Virus record (IMG/VR): IMGVR_UViG_3300031998_000003
Location: 1-64,000 of that record
Source: a virus
Taxonomy: Duplodnaviria; Caudoviricetes
Length of the DNA stretch: 64,000 nt
Reading direction: 5' to 3' (one strand)
Position 1 is the first letter of the stretch, and each line of letters opens with the position of its first letter. The translations under genes and the position numbers were made by a program. Positions 19,154-28,807 of the stretch are shown piece after piece. The notes beneath the pieces were generated by a model. It made no database searches and was not told where the DNA came from. It worked only from the letters and a program-made list of their open reading frames with translations.

Positions 19154-19161
19154 GAACGGTA

Positions 19162-19187
19162 TGGAGTGGGGCTTTCGCCCCACTCCA
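19162..19187. terminator. Terminator-like hairpin
   Basis: TGGAGTGGGGC-TTTC-GCCCCACTCCA. Confidence 0.75.
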
Positions 19188-19281
19188 CACTGCTCTTTGT
19201 AAGGATCTTATTAACCGGCTTAAGTAATATTTTACTTCGTATCAAACACGTTGATCAGGCGTATTTGACACAACGGTTATC

Positions 19282-19620
19282 GCTGACCAGTTTTTTTTTT
19301 TTGATTAGGCTCCTCTGGTATATGAAAACCTGCACGGATAGACACATCCACAATCAAATCTTCTATCACTGAGGTGGGTAGTAATAGTATCAATCGGCTC
19401 ACATGTGTGCAGCGAAGCGGCCGACAGATTCAAATTCATGAATATGTTGGCATCATATACCAGTGACGTCCAGGATTCACGATTCCAAATCGAAGAAACA
19501 TTCCGGAACCAAAGTTCGCTCAAAGTCTAACCGACTGGGTTGTTCCCAATGTTAGTTGTCAATGAAACCGCTAACCAAACCAAAGAAGTTGAAACTGAGT
19601 CAACTTACATTTTGGTCAGC
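19282..19620. ncRNA. Candidate structured non-coding RNA (~340 nt), family unknown
   Basis: Ends pair (GCTGACCA 19282-19289 / TGGTCAGC 19613-19620); 11-bp internal stem 19315-19325/19453-19463; several nested hairpins; no credible ORF. Confidence 0.5.
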
Positions 19621-19625
19621 ATATG

Positions 19626-21554
19626 TCAGGCTTTAATAACCATCTCGAGTGGAGTCTCTTCAGGTTTCACACCGTTCAATGTCTGTTGTAGACCAACATT
19701 GATTGCAGATGAGATATCTTCGAACAGAATACCCTGAAGGATACCAGCTTTTTGGACAGCTTCTCTGTACCGAAGTTTATCATATGACATCGGGTCAACA
19801 CCTGGTGCTTTACCAAATACGAATGCGAACGGTTTTCCATTCTTCTGACACATTCTGCGTGCAAGCAGCTCATATACAATTGACGGTCCATCGAAGTCGG
19901 TACCGTTGATTTCAAGACTGCGGAACATCATATCTGTCATAAGATTATACGGTAGCTGCGGGCTCTTGCTATGCAGATAGATTTGATTCAAGAACATCTC
20001 GCAGTTTGCGTATGTCTTTTGTATTGCAGCGGAACAGATCTTTGAACCAGGATTATATGACAAGATATAGTAGTTCGCATCTTCCTGAATATCCTCATAA
20101 ATGTTGAATGTTAACATAGCAGGGATCGTCATTCGTGCCGACAATACTTCCTTGCCTTCTTTATTAAAGAACTTCACTGGAAGCACTCCAAAACAGGAGG
20201 CTTGAGTTGCTTCAATATAGAAATTGGAGAACTCTTCAAACATCTTCGGAATATAGATCTTAGCAGGGATCTTATTGATGATACAACCATCCTGAATATC
20301 ATAATAACTGTTCGGTTCCTCAAAGATGAATTTTTTGTCGATGATACCAGCTTTTTGTGACAGGTCATGTTTGGATTTCAGTTTGAGGTTCAGCAGCTTA
20401 TGTGTAATAGATGTCGTCAACAGGCCGACTTGCGTGACACCGAGATTATGATACAATCTTCCAGCACACTTACCACATATGGCTTTACGCAAACAACACT
20501 GTGGTGAATAGAGCTGAATCGTTTTTCCGACATAATTTGAAATGTTCTCCATAGTCGTCAGAACTTTCTTACCACCGTCATTGATGTATCTGTAGATTAC
20601 ATACTTCTTATTGGAATCTGTCACGGTAAACGGAATCGTTACAGCCGTGCCACAATCAGAGTTCGGATCCGGATCAATGTGTTCAGACTGCAACAATGCC
20701 AGGATAATTTTGGATGTATAACCAGCTTCAGCAGTACCGATTGCAGACGGGTATGCTGCAGCAACGTTTGAATTGGAAAAAGCTGGAATGTCGTATTTTG
20801 TTATACCATCCATCAATGATGCACCAACAATATCAAACTTCTTAGTGATATCATTGAATACAGGACCTCTCATGACATTGATCGTCTTATAGTTGTTATC
20901 CAGATTTCCATCACCAGATGCATATAGATCATAACCATAATCACCTTTCAGATTCTGACGAACCATCTTCATGAGTTCTGCTTCGATCTTGTTCGTTGCC
21001 ATGATCTGACGTGTTGGATCGGATGAATTAATATCATCTGCATATTCTTGCATGAGCTCCAGCTTACGTTGCTTTACATCATGCATTGGACGGATGAGTG
21101 ATGCGGATATGGATGTTGCCAAGAACGGAGCGGCTTGGAAACCAAGCTGATCACGACGATCGATAAAGTGACCAAATGTTTTCGTATCAATGATATCGGA
21201 AACCATTAATTCGTTGATAGTGACATTCAGTTTTCCAAGACCTTTCTTATCAAGCTGAATGTTCCAGTAGCCGGTATGCTCGATAATTCCAGTATACTCT
21301 AGAATGAAACGATTCATAAATAACATTCCAAGCGTTGTCTCGGTATCCTCTTTGACATACTTGTATTCAGCTTTTGTCAGTTTGATTTTGGTTGTTGATG
21401 CGAACGGTGCGGGTTTTGAAGTGTTAGTTTGTTTATCGTAATATGAAGCGAACAGGCTCTCCAACATATCCTTGTTGAATTCTTTTATATCAGCAGACAG
21501 AATACGCTGCTTGCCAACATTACCATTCGCAGGGATTGCATTCTTGTCAGGCAT
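19626..21554 (-). CDS. Phage multisubunit RNA polymerase beta' subunit, C-terminal part (probably virion RNAP)
   Basis: Bridge-helix-like TAEAGYTSKIIL, DCGT, Zn site SPQCC..ICGKCAG, trigger-loop-like VGLLTTSITHKLLNLKLKSKH; lacks NADFDGD, so the subunit is split; late-type promoter upstream. Confidence 0.85.
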   Translation of the reverse strand: MPDKNAIPANGNVGKQRILSADIKEFNKDMLESLFASYYDKQTNTSKPAPFASTTKIKLTKAEYKYVKEDTETTLGMLFMNRFILEYTGIIEHTGYWNIQLDKKGLGKLNVTINELMVSDIIDTKTFGHFIDRRDQLGFQAAPFLATSISASLIRPMHDVKQRKLELMQEYADDINSSDPTRQIMATNKIEAELMKMVRQNLKGDYGYDLYASGDGNLDNNYKTINVMRGPVFNDITKKFDIVGASLMDGITKYDIPAFSNSNVAAAYPSAIGTAEAGYTSKIILALLQSEHIDPDPNSDCGTAVTIPFTVTDSNKKYVIYRYINDGGKKVLTTMENISNYVGKTIQLYSPQCCLRKAICGKCAGRLYHNLGVTQVGLLTTSITHKLLNLKLKSKHDLSQKAGIIDKKFIFEEPNSYYDIQDGCIINKIPAKIYIPKMFEEFSNFYIEATQASCFGVLPVKFFNKEGKEVLSARMTIPAMLTFNIYEDIQEDANYYILSYNPGSKICSAAIQKTYANCEMFLNQIYLHSKSPQLPYNLMTDMMFRSLEINGTDFDGPSIVYELLARRMCQKNGKPFAFVFGKAPGVDPMSYDKLRYREAVQKAGILQGILFEDISSAINVGLQQTLNGVKPEETPLEMVIKA

Positions 21555-21580
21555 GAATAACCCTCCTTATATAATGAATA

Positions 21581-21594
21581 TTAACGTTCGGTTT
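21581..21594 (-). promoter_or_regulatory. Late-type promoter AAAC-N7-TAA
   Basis: AAAC CGAACGT TAA. Confidence 0.65.
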
Positions 21595-21615
21595 GAATTT
21601 TTCAAGTTCATACCT

Positions 21616-21625
21616 ATATATCATT
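21616..21625 (+). promoter_or_regulatory. Early-type promoter core ATATATCATT
   Basis: Followed by AAAGTG; upstream of 21685. Confidence 0.6.
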
Positions 21626-21684
21626 AAAGTGTAACATACGTACGGTATGCTTACAAATCTATTTTATTAAAGGAGAACACAACC

Positions 21685-22272
21685 ATGGAAGACAAAATCA
21701 TCCAAAAGATCGTGGAGGGAAACCTCGGGATGCTGTTCGCACCAACCGATTTTACGGTGAAGATCGAGCATCCAACCGATGATGAGAAGATCAGAATAAT
21801 CATGATCACTCCCACCGGAAAAGACAGAACTGCTATGACAACAAAGATGGAAATCAACGAAGTAAACAAGAAAAACAAAAAGATCTCCATCGGAACCGCA
21901 TTCTACACAGAGAGCGTGAATGACGAGTTCACCGACCTGGTTACATGCTGCAAGGCGATTGAACGCAGATTGGATCAGCTGAGCTGGGTCAAAAACATTT
22001 ATCTCGAAACCGATGAATTTGTCGTCGTCGGCTTCACTGAGATCGGTATCAACAGAGCGGATGGAAAGCGTGATCTTCTCGTGTCGAGAGGTAAGTTATA
22101 TTCACTTGTCACATTCAACAAAGGTGGGAGCGCAGTCACGAAGCCTCTTACTGAAAAAGATGTAACAGTGACTTTGAATAACGCAATTAATTCCGGATAT
22201 GATGTCGATTTCTGCGGGTCTGACGTGATCTATTTTGTCGACCTTGCAGAATATGAAGGCGATGACGATTGA
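21685..22272 (+). CDS. Hypothetical protein (early-type)
   Basis: RBS AAGGAG; has its own promoter and terminator. Confidence 0.7.
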   Translation: MEDKIIQKIVEGNLGMLFAPTDFTVKIEHPTDDEKIRIIMITPTGKDRTAMTTKMEINEVNKKNKKISIGTAFYTESVNDEFTDLVTCCKAIERRLDQLSWVKNIYLETDEFVVVGFTEIGINRADGKRDLLVSRGKLYSLVTFNKGGSAVTKPLTEKDVTVTLNNAINSGYDVDFCGSDVIYFVDLAEYEGDDD

Positions 22273-22285
22273 TACATATAGTGAT

Positions 22286-22307
22286 GGTGGGGGCTTTCGC
22301 CCCCACC
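22286..22307. terminator. Intrinsic terminator
   Basis: GGTGGGGGC-TTTC-GCCCCCACC with a downstream T-tract. Confidence 0.85.
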
Positions 22308-22325
22308 TCACACCATATTTTTTTT

Positions 22326-22778
22326 TTACTTGAAGACCTTTCCGAATATCTTGTATCGCGGTTCCTCACCGTCAAACCAGATATTTCGAATAACATCATC
22401 CAGGAAGATTCCGATTCCTGATAGCAGAAACCAGAGACATGAATTCAACAGACAGATTTGTCCATAAAAGTTGAATGGTCTGTCAGAATAATCCCAGATG
22501 TTCCACCCCAGTTTGATGTTCAAGATGTATCCTGATATCAACTCAAGAGCTGTAATCACAAATGCACCATATAACATCTGCAGAAACAATGGGATGTCCC
22601 ATGAATACCACTCATTCAGTAGACCGATGATCACAAAGCATAGTCCGCCGACAATGAACATTGACCAATGTGTGAATCCACGTAGACCGATCTCAATACC
22701 AGCATAGATGAAGCCGCCGATAATGAATAGAATTGTTTCAACAATCAGAAACGATTTCCATTTAGGTGTCGTTTTCAT
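22326..22778 (-). CDS. Multi-pass membrane protein, putative ABC-transporter type IV (CmpB-like) family
   Basis: RGFTHWSMF.VGG, ITALELISG, WDYSDRPFNFYGQICL signature. Confidence 0.7.
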   Translation of the reverse strand: MKTTPKWKSFLIVETILFIIGGFIYAGIEIGLRGFTHWSMFIVGGLCFVIIGLLNEWYSWDIPLFLQMLYGAFVITALELISGYILNIKLGWNIWDYSDRPFNFYGQICLLNSCLWFLLSGIGIFLDDVIRNIWFDGEEPRYKIFGKVFK

Positions 22779-23176
22779 GATACATCATCCTGTCCAGATG
22801 AATTCGTTTGCTTCACAGCCTCAAAGATTGCTGCAAACAGATCGACAACATATCTATGATCAACGATGTTGCTGACATTGTTGATGGATTCATGAATCTG
22901 ACGAGTTGAATGGATTGTCATGGAAGCGATTCGCGCATCTCCTTGGTCAATTGTTTGATTGAGTCCGACTGTGATAACACCGTCTGTCAAAGACTCGTCC
23001 AGTACGATTGTAATCGACCATGCACCGTCCGTTCCGGAATACATACCAGCTGTCTGTGGGAGCATCTCGATAGACAGTGTTGTTTCAACCGTCGTGATGA
23101 CATCGTCGAAGATTGTGTTCTGGGATCGGATTTCGTCAATACGAGTTTCCATATTAGCTTGAATATCAGGCTTCAT
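22775..23176 (-). CDS. Hypothetical protein
   Basis: RBS AAAGGAGG. Confidence 0.65.
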   Translation of the reverse strand: MKPDIQANMETRIDEIRSQNTIFDDVITTVETTLSIEMLPQTAGMYSGTDGAWSITIVLDESLTDGVITVGLNQTIDQGDARIASMTIHSTRQIHESINNVSNIVDHRYVVDLFAAIFEAVKQTNSSGQDDVS

Positions 23177-23211
23177 AATAGAAGACCTCCTTTCATAATA
23201 TTAATTTTTTG

Positions 23212-23907
23212 TCAAACGGGATTAATGTCATCTGGTGTCGGAATATAAAATCCACTTCGGTATGGATCTCGTTCAGGATACAGGATCGTATCATAGTCGA
23301 ACGGGTCAACAATGATCTCGCCGAATATGATATGTGTTGTTTCAAGAATTGCATCAAGTTGTTCCTGCAATTCATCCGACAACCGATCTCCGTATTTGAA
23401 ATTACGGATTGTAGTGAAGTCATGCAGAGACTTGATATATGCTTTCGCGAAATTGTTGTACGTGGTATGATATGTCACCCAAGCAACTGCAATTTGTGAG
23501 ATATTCAAAATCTCTTCAGGTGTATATTGACGACACAGTTTACCATCTGCATGATAGAAAATTGGCAGTGAAGGCATCATAGCTGCTTGTGTTGCCAACT
23601 TTGACAAATTGATCTGGTCAGCATATGACAGTGAATAATGTTCATCATTTATGTCAATACCACGTTCGATGAGTGACTTGCATGTTGACGAAAGGAACGC
23701 TATTTTCACCTCCTTTGCTGTTGCAGTATGTTTGTCATCAGTATCCGGTTTTCTGACGAACTGACCATCGATGTACTTGTATGAAAATATATCATCAGCA
23801 ACATCCGACGGAATGGAATCGACTGCATAGCAGTCAGGTGTTCCAGGGTGATCACCAACCTCAATCACCTGGATGATATTGTTGTCTGTATCAACTCGAA
23901 TGATCAT
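23212..23907 (-). CDS. Tail-fibre-associated protein (DUF4376-like assembly chaperone)
   Basis: YSLSYADQINL...YHADGKLCRQY...YHTTYNN; directly downstream of the tail fibre gene. Confidence 0.6.
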   Translation of the reverse strand: MIIRVDTDNNIIQVIEVGDHPGTPDCYAVDSIPSDVADDIFSYKYIDGQFVRKPDTDDKHTATAKEVKIAFLSSTCKSLIERGIDINDEHYSLSYADQINLSKLATQAAMMPSLPIFYHADGKLCRQYTPEEILNISQIAVAWVTYHTTYNNFAKAYIKSLHDFTTIRNFKYGDRLSDELQEQLDAILETTHIIFGEIIVDPFDYDTILYPERDPYRSGFYIPTPDDINPV

Positions 23908-23920
23908 TTATAAATCCTCC

Positions 23921-26900
23921 TTAACATATGCCATAGATTTTGACTGTTCCAATAGGACCACCACCACCACCTCGTGACAGACTGAAAGTGCTGTCATCTT
24001 TGTATCCGACTGCAAGATACTGATCTGCAGTGGTATTTCCTGGGTTATATCCTATTGGGATATGATATTGGTCTGCAATAGCAGAAACAACTCCAATCGA
24101 TCTAACCAAAGAAAGTGGTATCAATCCAGCTCCACTGTGTGGATTTGTACCTGACGTACCGTAACTTGCTCCCATGAATTCCATCCATAACAATGTCCAG
24201 TTACTGAACACACTTCCGATGACAATCTCAGCATATCCGTATCCAACCGATGACGTTGATGAATATAACAACTGCTGAACAGCTTTATTCATATTCACAG
24301 TCCAAATCGGATTATAACTGGAACCGTTACAGTGATAAACTGCCGTTGTGTTAGCTGGGAATCTGACATATCCAGATGTCGGTGTGTCTGAAAGAACTGC
24401 TGGTGCAGATGTTATCGTAAATGTGAATTCACCGGTATTGTATGACGTTGCTAAACCTTTGAATTCAATAATAACACCTGCAAGTGACATTTCATAGTTT
24501 ACACCGTTTGCATTGAATTGTAATATGTCATTGTTTGCATAAGCCCATGTTGTCTTGATTATAATATCTTCGGTTGTACCAGAAGGTATGTATTGCTTCG
24601 TTGTGATCAACCATGTCATCAAGGTCTGTAATGTGATTTTTGTCTTCTTTGAAGATCCAGTCTGTACTGCAATTGCAGATTTGATATGTTTTGAACGGAT
24701 ATAGCTATATAATGCCGATACTGGTCGACGATAGTAGGTTGTTGTCGTTGTACCACCACCTGCATACTGTGCAACGTAATAATCAGCATCAACTGGAGCA
24801 CTTGATCCAGTAGATAGCGCATTGATCATTGTATTCAATGATGTCGCGTCTTGTAATGCAACATTCACGCCATCCAATATGAGTATATTTTTTCCAATAT
24901 ACAAACCCACGTTTTTACCCCACGGGGCAGCATTATGATAATATGGCCTCAGAATGATAGCACCTTTATCAGTGGAATCTCCACCCGTATTATGGAATGA
25001 TATGCCTGGTCGATACGTTGTTGAAGCAGCTCCATCAACATCCCATTGTGCAAGAGTTACGCAATTGGACGCACTTCTAACACTCTGTTGAATCATTGTG
25101 TGTTGTAAATCCAGAGTATCAGCTATAAACCCGGGTGTTATCAATTGACCAGTTGTTTGAAACTTCCAAACAACGTGATCATTATTTGAATATGTCGCGA
25201 GGTTTTGAGCATTCGCGATGATCTGAACTTCACTATCCGCACCAAGATACAGTTTCTCATGTTCAGTTGTGGCAATGTTGTCATATCCAACTTGAGTTTC
25301 ACCGGTTGAATCTTTTCTTGTATATGCAGCCGCAGCGAATTCACCACCACCAATAACCATGTTACCACCGCATTGGAACAACATTGTTTGTCCACTTGTT
25401 GACAAAGGATAACTTACAATACCTAACGCAGTGTATGATTTATCGGTTGCAGTCGTTTTGAATCTGATCTGATTATATCCAGCCGTATTCAATGTTAAAA
25501 CATTATTAGTATCAGCTGATGAAAGCATAATTTCTTTCGTACCAACAGCTTCGAGACGATAATCAAAGTTGTTTGTCGATGCAGCTGTTGCATGAAAATC
25601 GATATATTTACCAATCTCAAGAACACCGGCTGTTGATATTTGTGGCACAATTGCATTTGATGTACTCCACCATGCACCGGAAGCCGGTGTAGAACATGCT
25701 GTTGGTGTTCCGGATGAAAAATAAATCGGAATACCTTTACCACCAACATTGCCAACATTCAATGAACTATGTGTATGAGAAGATGCTGCAGCACCAACTT
25801 CGGAATATGTTGGCGGATTTGCAGTATCGTAAATTTTTCTCCAACTTCCCCATGCTGAATTCGTATTACTTGTTCTGACATACAGTGGAGTTGTTCTTTG
25901 ATCAACATTTTGAGACGGACCTGCGAGTTCCCATGATGAATACGCGTCATCCCATCCACGGACATTCAAAACTCCCCACCAATAGTTATTTGTTCCATCA
26001 CATGTATATTGATGGAAATAGAAATTTGCAGATTTCCCTACAGCGACATCTGGAGTTACCGTTAAATTCCGAACGTCGTGAACATGAATACCTCCGGTCG
26101 GGTATGATGATTGAGATGATGTTCCGACAAAGCATTTTCCAGCCATATACAGATTACCTGTTGACGGTTGTGCATATAGATTTGCAGTAGCGTATACGGT
26201 ATTCGTGACAGTTGTTGTTAAATTAGATGGTGTTGTTGAATCATTATAACCTAACATCAACGCTCGATAGTTTCCTGTTGTTGTACTTGATTGTGTAACA
26301 TAGTTGTTTGTATTTATGTTATAATCCGAATGTGTCCAACGCGCATCTGTTGTTGCTGTTCCACCAACACTGATTGCACCTGCTTCAAAGTATGTCAATA
26401 TGATTGTTGATCCAGCACCATAGTGCGTTGTCATTCTAGAGGCGCCGGTAAAATATACGTTAATTGCACCAGTTGTTGCTCCAGTAGACAATGTCAGATT
26501 CAGTGTAACACTCGTGGAAGCCGCAGATGCATATGGTAAATAATATGCAATCGTTAAACCGTTATGCAGTTTTGATGCAGGAATCGTACCGGTCCATGCT
26601 GCTGTTGATGCGGTTTGTGTACCGATAACATAGTAGAAACCAGTTCCAGGAGCAGTGATATCTCTCGGAATATCTAAACTGGAAACAATCGCCAATGAAT
26701 CATCAACAACTGCACCATCTCCCCATGTAATAACTGAAGAACTGAATCCATCATTATTGTTGGCAGGATCAATCAATGCACAAAATACAGACACAGTGTT
26801 TGATGTTGTTGAATTATAATAGATATCAACATATAATGTTTTTCCATCAGAAGATTTTGTCATTCTTACTTTTGTCATCAATTGGGTTGCTGCAGTATTT

Positions 26901-28711
26901 GATTTCGAATACAAGATTTCAAAACCTTCTGTAGCATTATATAATCCGATCAGACGTACAGAGAATGTTTCCGGTTGTGCATTGTTGTATGTTCTGGCTG
27001 CGGTCAATTCAAGTGTTCGAATAATTTTACCGGATGCTGTTGAAGAACATGGTAATGATAAGACACGATGCCATCCAACAGTATTCCATGCTACGAATGT
27101 ATGAGAAATATTCATCGCATTGTCATGCTGCAATTTTTCATAGATATAATTATAAAGCTTGGAAACCGGTCTTCTGTAGTAATTTGTATTGGTCGTTCCA
27201 CCATTTGCATATTGTGCAATATAATAATCAGCATCGACAGGATCGTCATTACCAATAGAGAGTAAATTGATTGCAGCATTCACACCAGCAGCTGTATTCG
27301 GAACGTAATCCAAAGCAGGAATATCCGCTTTCACAACTGCTGTAGAACCAGTGATATGTCCTTGTGCGTCATATTTTAATTTCAAAAATGAATTCGATGT
27401 TACTGCAGTAACAGAGTTTGAGTGATTAATTGTGACTGTTTGTACTGCTGGTGATGTTCCATTTACCGTAGCACTCAGACCAGTTCCAGCAGTTATATCA
27501 GCCGGAGTCAGTAATGTCATCCAGTTTGTCCATGAGGTACTCCAAGTGCTTGATGAAGTTGCAGAATCATTTTGACGGAATATAAGTCGTGATGTATGTG
27601 CTTGAATCTGGAATGTGTCATTACTACCACCAACTTGAAGACCAACCCAGTCCGTGCCGGACCATGATCCTCCTGCACCACCATAGGCAAATGTACCAGT
27701 TTTTGTATCCGGATCTGTTCCTGACTCAAATGCGTGCATTCCAAGATTTCCATTAAACGTCGTTGCATATATGGCACCACTCGACGGTTGACAATAAATT
27801 GCCTGTGTTGTAAACGTCGTATCTGTCACAGTTGATGGTGAAAATCCAGCAGTTGCACTATTGGATGCACCAATCACAAGTGGGCGATAATTCGTATAAG
27901 TCGATCCAACTGCAGTTTGTGTAACCTTCGTATCGGTATTGGTATTCGTCTGACAATAGATATCTGTTGACGTACCGTTGATTGTAATTGTACCAATCTT
28001 TGTTCCAGATGTGAGTACTTGTGTGAATGAAGTTGTTCCAGTATTCAGAACTGTTCCTGTTGTTGCCGGAAATGTTTGAATGATTTCAGAATTCGTTGAT
28101 GAAACTTTGAATGTATGGTATGATGTTCCAGGAGAATATAAACGGATCAAACCCTCTTCATTGTTAGCTGTTCCTGAAGCTGTTGAATTACCTAATATCA
28201 ACCGCGAATTACCGACTGCTGATGTTGTACCTTTGGTATGATTGAACTTAATTGATGCCATGATATTAACACCAGCAGTGCCTGCACCAGTTACAAACGT
28301 CGGCATGTAAGACGCGTCAGCAGTTGATGCAGGTAATAGTGTCACAGTAACCTTCGTATCGGTATTCGTCTGACAGTAAAGATCCGTTGCAGTACCGTCG
28401 ATCGTGATCGTACCGATCTTTGTACCAGATGTCAAATCGCGTGATATCGAAACTGTAGAAAATGAGGATCCTTTCGTCAATGTCAGCTTTCCATTTGATG
28501 TACTCCATGATGCTGATGTGATCGCATTGCCGGACCCGGTAACTTCAACAGTCGGTGCTGTGAATGCAGACCATGCAAAATCATCATACCATTTCTTGAT
28601 TTTACCAAGCTGAACCGCAAGATCTTCAGATGATGTTGACAGATTTGCACGGGTTGTTGTTGTTTTCAATGTCAAATTAATTTTGACATTATTGAACGTT
28701 TTCGCTCCCAT
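23921..28711 (-). CDS. Long tail fibre / receptor-binding protein
   Basis: Thr/Ser/Gly-rich; internal repeats (SGTKIGTITI.GT.TD.YCQTNT x2; DADYY.AQYA.GGTT..YYRRPVS.LY x2); WxxW shaft motifs; ends KIYGIC. Confidence 0.8.
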   Translation of the reverse strand: MGAKTFNNVKINLTLKTTTTRANLSTSSEDLAVQLGKIKKWYDDFAWSAFTAPTVEVTGSGNAITSASWSTSNGKLTLTKGSSFSTVSISRDLTSGTKIGTITIDGTATDLYCQTNTDTKVTVTLLPASTADASYMPTFVTGAGTAGVNIMASIKFNHTKGTTSAVGNSRLILGNSTASGTANNEEGLIRLYSPGTSYHTFKVSSTNSEIIQTFPATTGTVLNTGTTSFTQVLTSGTKIGTITINGTSTDIYCQTNTNTDTKVTQTAVGSTYTNYRPLVIGASNSATAGFSPSTVTDTTFTTQAIYCQPSSGAIYATTFNGNLGMHAFESGTDPDTKTGTFAYGGAGGSWSGTDWVGLQVGGSNDTFQIQAHTSRLIFRQNDSATSSSTWSTSWTNWMTLLTPADITAGTGLSATVNGTSPAVQTVTINHSNSVTAVTSNSFLKLKYDAQGHITGSTAVVKADIPALDYVPNTAAGVNAAINLLSIGNDDPVDADYYIAQYANGGTTNTNYYRRPVSKLYNYIYEKLQHDNAMNISHTFVAWNTVGWHRVLSLPCSSTASGKIIRTLELTAARTYNNAQPETFSVRLIGLYNATEGFEILYSKSNTAATQLMTKVRMTKSSDGKTLYVDIYYNSTTSNTVSVFCALIDPANNNDGFSSSVITWGDGAVVDDSLAIVSSLDIPRDITAPGTGFYYVIGTQTASTAAWTGTIPASKLHNGLTIAYYLPYASAASTSVTLNLTLSTGATTGAINVYFTGASRMTTHYGAGSTIILTYFEAGAISVGGTATTDARWTHSDYNINTNNYVTQSSTTTGNYRALMLGYNDSTTPSNLTTTVTNTVYATANLYAQPSTGNLYMAGKCFVGTSSQSSYPTGGIHVHDVRNLTVTPDVAVGKSANFYFHQYTCDGTNNYWWGVLNVRGWDDAYSSWELAGPSQNVDQRTTPLYVRTSNTNSAWGSWRKIYDTANPPTYSEVGAAASSHTHSSLNVGNVGGKGIPIYFSSGTPTACSTPASGAWWSTSNAIVPQISTAGVLEIGKYIDFHATAASTNNFDYRLEAVGTKEIMLSSADTNNVLTLNTAGYNQIRFKTTATDKSYTALGIVSYPLSTSGQTMLFQCGGNMVIGGGEFAAAAYTRKDSTGETQVGYDNIATTEHEKLYLGADSEVQIIANAQNLATYSNNDHVVWKFQTTGQLITPGFIADTLDLQHTMIQQSVRSASNCVTLAQWDVDGAASTTYRPGISFHNTGGDSTDKGAIILRPYYHNAAPWGKNVGLYIGKNILILDGVNVALQDATSLNTMINALSTGSSAPVDADYYVAQYAGGGTTTTTYYRRPVSALYSYIRSKHIKSAIAVQTGSSKKTKITLQTLMTWLITTKQYIPSGTTEDIIIKTTWAYANNDILQFNANGVNYEMSLAGVIIEFKGLATSYNTGEFTFTITSAPAVLSDTPTSGYVRFPANTTAVYHCNGSSYNPIWTVNMNKAVQQLLYSSTSSVGYGYAEIVIGSVFSNWTLLWMEFMGASYGTSGTNPHSGAGLIPLSLVRSIGVVSAIADQYHIPIGYNPGNTTADQYLAVGYKDDSTFSLSRGGGGGPIGTVKIYGIC

Positions 28712-28744
28712 CGAGAATAACTCCTTTCATTATAATACGCGGGA

Positions 28745-28758
28745 TTACATTCTCGTTT
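28745..28758 (-). promoter_or_regulatory. Late-type promoter AAAC-N7-TAA
   Basis: AAAC GAGAATG TAA. Confidence 0.65.
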
Positions 28759-28777
28759 TTCAATAAACTATAATAAG

Positions 28778-28800
28778 GGAGTGGGGCAATGCCCCACTCC
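28778..28800 (-). terminator. Terminator-like hairpin
   Basis: GGAGTGGGGC-AAT-GCCCCACTCC. Confidence 0.7.
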
Positions 28801-28807
28801 TCATTGA

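Noticed and set aside
19305-19523. 72-aa - strand ORF in the 19.3-kb gap
   Set aside because: TTG start without an RBS; dense nested inverted repeats argue for RNA structure, though coding cannot be fully excluded.
23921-28711. Diversity-generating retroelement or invertible cassette acting on the tail fibre
   Set aside because: No reverse transcriptase, recombinase or adenine-specific TR/VR pair seen in the window; the repeats are ordinary diverged protein modules.
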